64,000 bases of DNA, from positions 1,824,001 to 1,888,000 of the forward strand of contig CBDFLE010000005.1 of the NCBI GenBank assembly GCA_965248925.1, in the 5' to 3' direction. Origin of the DNA: Candidatus Multivoradales bacterium. Its GTDB lineage: Bacteria; Acidobacteriota; Thermoanaerobaculia; Multivoradales; J023. Positions 9,186 through 18,300 of the stretch are shown here, one piece after another. Position 1 is the stretch's first letter. Each line of letters opens with the position of its first letter. A program made the translations under genes and the position numbers. The notes below the pieces were generated by a model that did not search any database, was not told the DNA's origin, and saw only the letters and a list, made by a program, of their open reading frames with translations.

Positions 9186-11261
9186 ATGAACTCGAGACGA
9201 CGGATTGCTTTGCCGTTGCTAATGCTTTTTTTGGGCGCTGCAGCGACCCCCCACGCTTGGGCGGCAGGCGCACCGATACCGCCCACAATGCCTACCTTCG
9301 ACCCGACCGCGATCGACGCCTCCGCCGATCCCTGCGAGGACTTCTACCAGTACGCCTGCGGCGGATGGCACGCTGAGAACCCGATGCCGGCCGATGTGAG
9401 CTTCTGGTCTCGCCCCTACACGCAGTTCTCGCGTCGACTCGAGGACTACTTGCGGGCCCTGATCGAGGACGCTGCCCAGGACGGCTCCAAGCGCACCGCG
9501 GACCAGCAGAAGGTCGGCGACTACTACAGCGCCTGCCTGGACACCGACGCCATCGAGGCTCGCGGCCTGGTGCCGCTGCAGACCGAGCTGGCGCTGATCG
9601 ATGGCATGGGGTCGATCGACCAGTTGCCGACCCTGCTTGGTGTGCTGGATCGGAGCTTGCCGTACGAGACGGACGCGGTCGTAGGCCTGAACCTGTATGC
9701 CGGGAGTGACCCGGTCGACGGCGGACAGGCGCTGAGACTGTGGATTGATGTGAGCAGTCTTGGGCTGCCGGGGCGAGACTACTATCTCGACAACGGCGAG
9801 AAGAGCGAGGTCCTCCGAGAGCAGTTCCAGGACCACATCGCCGGGATGCTGCGGCTGCTGGGCGAGGGTGAATCCCAGGCAGGCGACTCCGCGCAAGCCA
9901 TTCTGGCCCTCGAGACCACCCTCGCCGAGGCTGGCCTGCCCTACAGCACGCTGCGCAACGATCCCTCAGCCTACTCGAACCCGATGACTCTGGAAGAGCT
10001 GCAATCGTCCACGCCGAATTTCCGTTGGGACGACTTGCTGCGCGCCTATGGTTTGCCCATCGACCCGCGAGTCAACGTCGTGCAGCCCGCCTTCCTGCGT
10101 GTCTTTGATCGGCTCCTGAGCGAGGTTTCCCTCGATACCTGGAAGGCGTACTTGCGCTGGAAGCTCGTCGTCAGGCGCGCCGAGTTGCTGCCGGCGGCAT
10201 TCAGTGAAGCTCGTTTTGAGTTCTACGGCAAGGCGCTCAGCGGTCGAGAGACGCCACCCGAGCGGTCTCGACTGTGCATCAATCACCTGGAGCGCGATCT
10301 GCCCGATGCCCTGAGCCGGGTGTTCGTGGCGCGGGGTTCAAGCTCCGAGATGAGCGAGCAGACGGTCCTCATCTTCGAAGAGATCAAGGCCGTTATGCAT
10401 CAACGCATCGAAGGTGCCGAGTGGATGGCGTCGGAGACCAAGCATGCAGCGATTGCCAAGCTCGCCACCGTGCGCCTGAGCGTCGGCCACCCAACCGAGT
10501 GGCTGGATGACCAGCGCGTGGTCGTCCGTCGTGACGATGCCTACGGTAACGTCCAGCGAAGCAGCGCTGCCCTGCGACGGGCCAAGTTAGCGGGACTCGG
10601 GCAGCCCCAGGACATCAATGATTGGTGGCAACCCGCGACCTGGGTGGGTGGCTATCAAGCAAACAATCTGAACGCCCTCGTCATTACCGCCGCCTACTTG
10701 CTCCTCACGGAGGAAGGGGCGAGCGACCCGGCTGTGCACTACGGACTCCTCGGCCTGTCGATGGCCCATGAGCTCATCCATGGCTTCGACCCTCTAGGCC
10801 GCGAGTACGATGCTCAAGGCCGCCTGCGCGATTGGTGGACGGATGCCGACGCGACCCAATTTGACCAGGCCGGACAATGTGTGACCGATCATTTCTCGTC
10901 GCTGGAGTATGCGCCCGGAATCCCGGTGGACGGCGCCCTCGTCGTCTCTGAGGAAGTCACCGAGCTGGCGGCCGCGAGCATCGCCTGGCAGGCATATCAG
11001 TTGGCCACCGCGGGGCAGCCACAAGTCAAAGTCGGGGGGCTGACGCCGGCCCAGCGGTACTTCCTGACCGGTGCTCAGTCCTGGTGTACCGACGCCACCG
11101 AAGAGACCTGGCGCTCCCTGTCCAAGGGCGATGGCCACGCTTGGGGCACCCCGGCGGTCAACGGTATCGTCCCGAATTTGCCGGAGTTCGCCGAAGCCTT
11201 CGGCTGTCAAGCCGGGGACGCCATGGTCAAACCGGCAGAGGAGATTTGCAAGATATGGTGA
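9186..11261 (+). CDS. M13-family (neprilysin/PepO-like) metallopeptidase, exported
   Basis: Signal peptide; DPCEDFYQYACGGW; HELIH zinc motif; C-terminal FGC...CKIW. Confidence 0.93.
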   Translation: MNSRRRIALPLLMLFLGAAATPHAWAAGAPIPPTMPTFDPTAIDASADPCEDFYQYACGGWHAENPMPADVSFWSRPYTQFSRRLEDYLRALIEDAAQDGSKRTADQQKVGDYYSACLDTDAIEARGLVPLQTELALIDGMGSIDQLPTLLGVLDRSLPYETDAVVGLNLYAGSDPVDGGQALRLWIDVSSLGLPGRDYYLDNGEKSEVLREQFQDHIAGMLRLLGEGESQAGDSAQAILALETTLAEAGLPYSTLRNDPSAYSNPMTLEELQSSTPNFRWDDLLRAYGLPIDPRVNVVQPAFLRVFDRLLSEVSLDTWKAYLRWKLVVRRAELLPAAFSEARFEFYGKALSGRETPPERSRLCINHLERDLPDALSRVFVARGSSSEMSEQTVLIFEEIKAVMHQRIEGAEWMASETKHAAIAKLATVRLSVGHPTEWLDDQRVVVRRDDAYGNVQRSSAALRRAKLAGLGQPQDINDWWQPATWVGGYQANNLNALVITAAYLLLTEEGASDPAVHYGLLGLSMAHELIHGFDPLGREYDAQGRLRDWWTDADATQFDQAGQCVTDHFSSLEYAPGIPVDGALVVSEEVTELAAASIAWQAYQLATAGQPQVKVGGLTPAQRYFLTGAQSWCTDATEETWRSLSKGDGHAWGTPAVNGIVPNLPEFAEAFGCQAGDAMVKPAEEICKIW

Positions 11262-11313
11262 AGCGCACTCCTTCTCGGTCGATTACCAACGGACCCACCC
11301 AGGAAGGCGTTCC

Positions 11314-12651
11314 GTGAGACTTGTCTCAGACCTTATGGCGGTTCTCGTCCTCCTCGCCGTCACACCTCAGTTGGGATCGAGCGAAGGTACGCAGACGATT
11401 CATGCCGGCCGGCTTCTCGATGTCGGCGAGGGTTCACTGCGCTCGGATATTCTGATTCGAATCGAGAACGGAGTGATCACCGGGATCGTGGATGCGGGCG
11501 AAAGCGAGATCCCCGCCGACGTCCTCGATCTCTCCGACTACATCGTTCTCCCGGGCCTGATCGACGTGCACACTCATCTGTGCGACAACACCTGGCTGGG
11601 AGAGGCGTTCGACCACTGGGCCCTGCCGGCGCCGGCGTTCGGCGTCGTGGGGACGGTCAACGCGCGCAAGGTACTGCGCGCCGGATTCACCACCGTCCGC
11701 AATGTCTCGGAGCCCTACTACTGCGGCCTCGCCCTCCGCGATGCGATCGCCAGGGGGTGGACCGAGGGGCCGCGCATCTACGCCAGTGGGCCGATGATCT
11801 CGATGACGGGCGGGCATGGTGATTGGGGAGGCTGGATGGGTCCTTCGCACTCGGGTGATACACCGGCCGAGGCGGTCGCCGATGGCGTCCTCGAAGTCAG
11901 GAAGCAGGTGCGAGAGCACCTGAAGCACGGCGCCGACCTGATCAAGGTCGCCGCGACCGGCGGTTTCTCCAGCCACGGCACCGTTCCGGGCGCGGCCGAG
12001 TACGCGATCGACGAGATGCGGGCTGCGGTCGAGGAAGCCGCGAAGCGGGGACTGACCGTCGCCGCCCACGCGCACGGCGCGGAGGGAATCCAGAACGCCA
12101 TCGCGGCGGGGGTGCATTCGATCGAGCATGCCAGCCTCATGGATGACGAGTCCATCCGGCAAATGAGAGAGCACGGCGTGTTTCTGGTCGCCGATCTTCT
12201 GGGCGCGCACTACGATCTGATCGAGGCGGGTACGGACTGGAGCCACAAAGGGGTCACGGACAACAGGGAGGAGTACCTCGCCTACGCTTCCCGCGTAGAA
12301 AAGGCCTACCGCGCTGGAGTGAGAATGGCCTTTGGCACCGACTCGGGCGTCTACCCGCATGGCAGGAACGCCGAACAGTTCGCGCTCATGGTCGATGCCG
12401 GCTTTACACCTATCGACGCTCTCCGTTCGGCGACCATCCAGGCGGCCCGGTTGCTGGGGGTCGAGACGGATACCGGCAGCATCGAGGTCGGCAAGCGAGC
12501 CGACCTGATCGCCGTCAAGGGCAACCCACTGACCGACATTTCAACCTTGACGAAGGTCGACTTCGTCATGAAACAGGGGGCCATCGTCAAGTGGGACAGG
12601 CAACCAGGAGAGGCCGCGACGACGGGCCTCGGCTCACATGGAAACAACTAG
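11314..12651 (+). CDS. exported amidohydrolase (Xaa-Pro dipeptidase-like)
   Basis: LPGLIDVHTH, GADLIK, AAHAH, SIEH, FGTDSG, GKRADL. Confidence 0.9.
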   Translation: MRLVSDLMAVLVLLAVTPQLGSSEGTQTIHAGRLLDVGEGSLRSDILIRIENGVITGIVDAGESEIPADVLDLSDYIVLPGLIDVHTHLCDNTWLGEAFDHWALPAPAFGVVGTVNARKVLRAGFTTVRNVSEPYYCGLALRDAIARGWTEGPRIYASGPMISMTGGHGDWGGWMGPSHSGDTPAEAVADGVLEVRKQVREHLKHGADLIKVAATGGFSSHGTVPGAAEYAIDEMRAAVEEAAKRGLTVAAHAHGAEGIQNAIAAGVHSIEHASLMDDESIRQMREHGVFLVADLLGAHYDLIEAGTDWSHKGVTDNREEYLAYASRVEKAYRAGVRMAFGTDSGVYPHGRNAEQFALMVDAGFTPIDALRSATIQAARLLGVETDTGSIEVGKRADLIAVKGNPLTDISTLTKVDFVMKQGAIVKWDRQPGEAATTGLGSHGNN

Positions 12652-15283
12652 TTTGGGAGCGAAGATGATGGCTGCAATGGAAGAATCTCATCGATTGAAG
12701 TGGTCGCAGATCCTCGCTGTGCTCTTGCTCTCGTGCCTGCCACCAGCGGGCCTCGGCTCAGATGACATAACAGCCACCGCGACTGAAGGCGACCTGCTGA
12801 TCACTGGTGTGTCGATTATCGATCCCGAGGCCAATCGGGCGTCGCCTCCTCGGGACATTCTGATCAACCAGGGCTTGATCGTAGAGGTGGCGGAGGCTGG
12901 AGAGATCTCGGCTGATCGGGCGTCCATCGTTCTGTCCGCCGGCGGCATGTTCGCCCTGGCCGGCCTCATCGACGTGCACGCGCATCTAGGGGATGGTGGT
13001 CTTGGGGTCTTGACGGCAGAAGATCGCCGGGGAGCACTGTCGCAGTTCATTCGCTACGGCGTGACGACCGTCTTTGTCCCGGGAGGAGGCGGCGGCAACG
13101 ACCATCAACTGACTCGGTGGAAAGAGCGCTGCGACGCGCGGGAGTTTCTCTGCCCGGGGCTCTATGGATCGGGCGCCTTGATCACCGCGCCGGGGAGTCA
13201 CCCCATAGGCACCATCTGGGACCTGCCGGAAGATGTCGATCCGGCTGTGGTCTATGAGCGCGGCGCGGTGGCGCTGGCGGAAGATGAGCCGGCAGGGCCG
13301 CTGCTCGACCGCAAACTCGCCATGGGTGTCGATGCGATCAAGATCGTCGTCGAGGACGGGCCGGGCCCCTGGTTCCCCAAGCCCCGGCTCTCCACCGCGA
13401 AGATCGCGGAACTGGTGCAGGCCGGCCACGATCGAGGGTTGCGTACTTTCGCCCACGTCAGCATGCGTTCCCACGTCGAGAACGCTGTCGCCGCCGGGGT
13501 CGATGGCGTGATGCACTCGGCCGAGGATCCGATCCCGGACTCTGTGTTAGCGGACATGGCGAGCCAGGGAATCTTCTACATCGCTACCTTGGCTCTCTAC
13601 GATGGGTTCTACAACCACGACCTCGGTCAGTTCGAGCAGGAGGCGTTTGCCCTTGCGGGTGTCTCGAGACGGGCACTGGCCAGTCTGCAAGATGAAGAGT
13701 GGCGAAGCCGACCGGGCGATCCTCCCGAGCTCCTCGAGTCCCAGAAAGAGTCTCTCTACGACAATCTGCGGCGTGCCCGGAAAGCCGGCGTTCCTCTGGC
13801 CCTGGGCTCCGACGTCAATAACCCGATGGTCTTCCCCGGCTACTCGGCACATCAAGAGCTGGCGCTCATGGTGGAAGCCGGTCTGACTCCAGCTCAGGCC
13901 TTGCAGGCGGCGACGCTGGGCGGTGCGTCGTTTCTGGAGAAGGAGACGGGCCTGGGGAGGATCGCGCCCGGACACGAGGCCGATCTCCTAATCCTGAGAG
14001 AGAACCCACTAGAGAATATTCTCAACACGCGCACCTTGTATGCCGTGGTCGACGATGGTCGGGTGGTCGACGACGTCGTTTCGGACACCAGGTCAGAGCG
14101 CGTTTCCACCGCTGCGGAGTTCGAGCCCCAGGAGACGATCTGGATGACGTGGCCGGAGGAAGCCTGCCTCGGCGGTCCCTCCTGGGGCGACTCGGTACTC
14201 GACGTCACGGAAGTGCTGGCCGGGTACGTCAACGTTCGCCTCCACGTCTTCGATGAAGAGCAAGAGCAGAGGCTCGCGGCGAAGCTCGCGCAACGCAAGC
14301 TGGCCGGGCCGCGGGTCGAGGTCTTCGTCTACCCCAATTCTCCCGGCATGATCCGGGACTTCGGGCCGGCCTTCGTGCGCCGTTCTTCCGGCGGGCTCGG
14401 GGTGGCCGACTTTAACTGGAACAACGGCGGTGTGCGCCCGGTCGGGCACGCGCGTACCCTTAAGAGTGAAGCGCTAGACCGCAGCTGGGCCGAGCGGCTC
14501 GGGCTGCCGGTGACCAGCCGGTCGCGACTGGTGAGCGAGGGTGGTGCCCGCGAGGTCAATGGCCGAGGTACGATACTTCTGGTGGCAGCGGTGGAACTCC
14601 AGCGCAACCCTGGATGGACCAGGGAGAGCATCGAGGCCGAGTACAAGCGGCACCTTGGAGTGAAGAAGGTGATCTGGCTGAAGAAGGGTCTCTACGAGGA
14701 GGAAGCGCTGATCAGCCTTCCCGGCGGGCTCTTCAGCTACGGCACCGGCGGCCACGTCGATACGATCGCCCGCTTCGCCGATGCCACTACGATTTTGCTT
14801 GCCGAGGTCTCTGCCGAGGAACGCGACACGAGCCCGATCTCCGCCGAGAGTTTTGCCCGCATGGAGGAGAACTACCGGATTCTCGAAGGCGCTACCGACC
14901 AAGATGGGAGTCCATTCCGCGTCGTGCGAGTTCCCGCCGCCGATCTGGCGGAGGGCGTCGTGCCCTGGGAGGACCTCGGCGCCGAGAAGATCCTATTCCC
15001 CGAAGCCACTCCGGGCGAGCCGCTGCGTTATCTACTCGGCGGCAGTTACCTCAACTACATCATCGCCAACGGCGTCGTCGTGCTACCCAAGTTTGGGCGC
15101 CCGGACGGTCCCGAGTCGACCCGAGCCAAGGACGCCCAGACGCTCGAGATCTTCCAAGAGGTGTTTCCCGGGCGCCGGGTAGTCCAAGTGGACATGGTCA
15201 ATCTCAGTCACTGTGGAGGTGGTTTCCACTGCAACTCGCTGCACCAGCCGGCGGTCTCCTTGCCCCCTGCGGGAGGCGATTGA
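12638..15283 (+). CDS. amidohydrolase + agmatine/peptidyl-arginine deiminase fusion
   Basis: N-half GLIDVHAH, DAIK, GSDVN; C-half AEFEPQ..W..WP, RDFGP, EGG, GHVD, YLNY, GGGFHC. Confidence 0.85.
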   Translation: METTSLGAKMMAAMEESHRLKWSQILAVLLLSCLPPAGLGSDDITATATEGDLLITGVSIIDPEANRASPPRDILINQGLIVEVAEAGEISADRASIVLSAGGMFALAGLIDVHAHLGDGGLGVLTAEDRRGALSQFIRYGVTTVFVPGGGGGNDHQLTRWKERCDAREFLCPGLYGSGALITAPGSHPIGTIWDLPEDVDPAVVYERGAVALAEDEPAGPLLDRKLAMGVDAIKIVVEDGPGPWFPKPRLSTAKIAELVQAGHDRGLRTFAHVSMRSHVENAVAAGVDGVMHSAEDPIPDSVLADMASQGIFYIATLALYDGFYNHDLGQFEQEAFALAGVSRRALASLQDEEWRSRPGDPPELLESQKESLYDNLRRARKAGVPLALGSDVNNPMVFPGYSAHQELALMVEAGLTPAQALQAATLGGASFLEKETGLGRIAPGHEADLLILRENPLENILNTRTLYAVVDDGRVVDDVVSDTRSERVSTAAEFEPQETIWMTWPEEACLGGPSWGDSVLDVTEVLAGYVNVRLHVFDEEQEQRLAAKLAQRKLAGPRVEVFVYPNSPGMIRDFGPAFVRRSSGGLGVADFNWNNGGVRPVGHARTLKSEALDRSWAERLGLPVTSRSRLVSEGGAREVNGRGTILLVAAVELQRNPGWTRESIEAEYKRHLGVKKVIWLKKGLYEEEALISLPGGLFSYGTGGHVDTIARFADATTILLAEVSAEERDTSPISAESFARMEENYRILEGATDQDGSPFRVVRVPAADLAEGVVPWEDLGAEKILFPEATPGEPLRYLLGGSYLNYIIANGVVVLPKFGRPDGPESTRAKDAQTLEIFQEVFPGRRVVQVDMVNLSHCGGGFHCNSLHQPAVSLPPAGGD

Positions 15284-15309
15284 AGTTGGTCATCCGAGGA
15301 CGTAATCCC

Positions 15310-18300
15310 GTGACAACCGCTACCGTGATTCCGCTCGCCTGGAGCCATCGTCGGGCGAGCTTCGCCGCGACCGCTTTTCTTTTCCTGATCGGAGGGTGCA
15401 CCCCTCTGGTAGCTCCGCAACCCGCCGACCGAGCTGAACTTCGAGAGCCGTGCCAGTTTGCAGCCGTGACGGACGATTATCACGGCGAGCTCGTCACCGA
15501 CCGCTACCGTTGGCTCGAGGACCTTACGGAGCCCTGCGTCTCCAGCTGGATTGAGCAGCGCAACGTCGAATCCGAACGCTTCCTCGAGTCGGCGCAGGAT
15601 TTCCGCACCTGGGCCTCCGAACTGGTGGCGGAGTTCGCCAGAATCCAATCGGGCTCGACCCGCGTCGAGGGCGGATTTCTCCTCTCCGAGGAGGGTGGCA
15701 GTGGCGACAATCTGCCCGTCTATTTATTCGCCCGGCCGGGGATGGAACCTGGGACGCTAATCGACCCCGAAGCACTCGGAATCGACCCGGCGAGCACGAT
15801 TCGTCACATCCAGCCGTCACCGGATGGGGAGCACGTCGCTTTCGGACTATCGCCCGCTGGGCAGCGCTTGATGAGCATCCGTGTCGCCCATGTCGCGACT
15901 CAGCGCCTGCTCCCCGATCGCATCGAGGGAGTCAAATACTCGGGCGCCAGCTGGGCCAACAACAGCCGTGAATTCGTCTACTCAAAATACACCTCTCCCG
16001 GCACTCTGGATGGGGACACGCTCGATCGCGGACCGCTGGTCGCCGTCCACCGCCTGGGCACCGAGGCTGCCGGCGACACCATCCTCCTCAAGGGTCATGC
16101 GACGGCTCCCGATCTCTTCTTGGGAGCGGAGCTCAGCGACGATGGTCAGCTGCTCTTGGTCTGGGATTGGAGCGGCAAGGAGCAGGGCGAGGATCTGCTG
16201 GTCGCCGACCTCGTCGATGCCGAGACACCGCGGTGGCGCGCGCCACTGAGGGCTGCATTGGGCCGGCGCGCAGGGCATCATCGCTACATCGGGGGCAGCG
16301 GCCAGGAGGTCTACCTGCAGACCAGCCTGGATGCTGCCAAGCAACGCATCGTGCGGCTGAGGGCCGACCGGCCGGACCCATGGGAGACGGTCGTGGCGGA
16401 GGATTCCCGGCCGCTGCAGCACTCGGCCTTCACCGACGGCCATCTCGTCTTGTCCTATCGCAAGGACGTCATTACGGAGATCGATCTCTACGATGTCGAG
16501 CGCCAAACCACCCGACAGCTCGAGCTGCCCTCGCCGGGCTCTGCCTTCGTCTTCCAACGCGGCCCGAGGCCGAACTCGGTTTCTTTTCTGTTCGACTCGT
16601 TCACCCGACCGCCGACGGGCTATGAAGTCCAACCTCGAAGCGGCCGGCTACGTCCGTTGGCGGCACCTCTTAGCGAGCTCGAAGGAGTGGTCACCAACCA
16701 ACACTTCGCGAAATCCAAAGACGGCACGAGCATCCCCTTCTTCCTCGTCTCGAACTCCACGGCGCTCGGTGCTGCCTCGCCCACCCTCTTGGTTGGCTAC
16801 GGTGCTTCGCGGGGCACCCTGGAGCCGGAATTCGACGCCGAGTGGGTGACCTGGTTGAAGATGGGCGGGAAGCTCGTCTTGGCCAATATCCGCGGCGGTG
16901 CTGAGTACGGCGAGGAGTGGTACGCCGCTGCCACCCTCGCGAACAAACAAAACTCCTTCGACGACTTCATCGCAATCGCGGAACGCCTCATCGAAGACGG
17001 CGAAACGAACCGGAACCAGCTGGTGGCCTACGGTAGCTCCAATGGCGGTTTGTTGATGGCAGCGGTGATGGTCCAGCGGCCCGACCTTTTCGCGGCGATC
17101 CTGGCCGATGTCGGAATTTACGACGCCCTCCGGTTTCCTCTCTTTACCGCCGGTCCACGGTGGGTCAGAGAGATGGGCGACGCTCGTATTCCCGAAGAGT
17201 ATCCTTGGGTCCGCGCCTGGTCGCCAATTCACAATCTAGTGGCGGACACCTGCTATCCCGCCACCTTCCTGACGACGGCTCAGGACGACGACCTCGTCCA
17301 CCCGAGTCAGTCCTATAAGTTCGCCGCCGCCCTCAGCGATGTTCAAGGGTGCCCGAAACCGATCTTGCTACGGGCCTATCCGTCCGGGGGACACTCGAGC
17401 CGCGAAGCTCATGGCCTGCTCTCTGAACGGGCGGCGGACCGACTGACCTTTGCCGCGATCGAGAGCGGACTGGCCGCGCCGGCCGCCCTGCTGGTGCAGT
17501 CGTTTGATCTGCTCATTGAAGGCGGGCGGGTGATGGACCCGGACTCAGGCCTCGACGCCATTCGGCACATCGGCATAACGGATGGGGTCATCCAGGCCAT
17601 CAGCGAGACGCCCTTGGTAGGCAAGACCGAGATCGACGCCACCGGGCGGGTGGTCGCGCCGGGTTTCATCGACCTGAACACCTACCAACACAGCGACTCG
17701 TTTTTCCGCCTTCGCGTGGCCGACGGTGTGACATCCGTGCTTCATCTGGAGGGTGGGGCGGTGGATGTCTCAGCCTACTACGACGCGCTCGAGGGCCGTG
17801 CGCTCATCCACCACGGCATCAGCGTCAGCCACGGCGGTTTGCGGCTCGTCGCACAGGGCGATACATCGCTGGAAATCCTCAACGGCATGACCGACATGCC
17901 GGGCATCAATGAAACGCGTGCCTCTCCCGAGCTGGATGATCGGCCACTCACTCCCGCGGAGTTGGACACGCTGGCCGCACTCGTCGAGCAAGGCCTACGA
18001 GAAGGCGCTGTCGCCGTCGGGTTCGGCATTGCGTACACCCCCGGCACGACGCATTCGGAGATCCTGCGCATGGTCGAGCTGGCAGCCCGATACGACGCCT
18101 CGGCGCACCTGCACCTGCGGGACTGGGATGCGACGCGAGAATGGGGCGAGCTCTACGAGGTCTTCGCTGCCGCAATCCATACCGGGGGCGATCTCCACGT
18201 CAACCATCTCCAGAGTCATATGGGGAGCTTCACCGAACCTGCGCTCACATTCATCGACCGGGCGCGTTCGTTCGGCCTTCCCATCACCACCGAGTGCTAC

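Noticed and set aside
14614-15309. N-terminal 232 aa of the 1884-aa ORF
   Set aside because: Overlaps the deiminase gene in another frame and is Arg-rich noise; the lipoprotein signal begins near 15310
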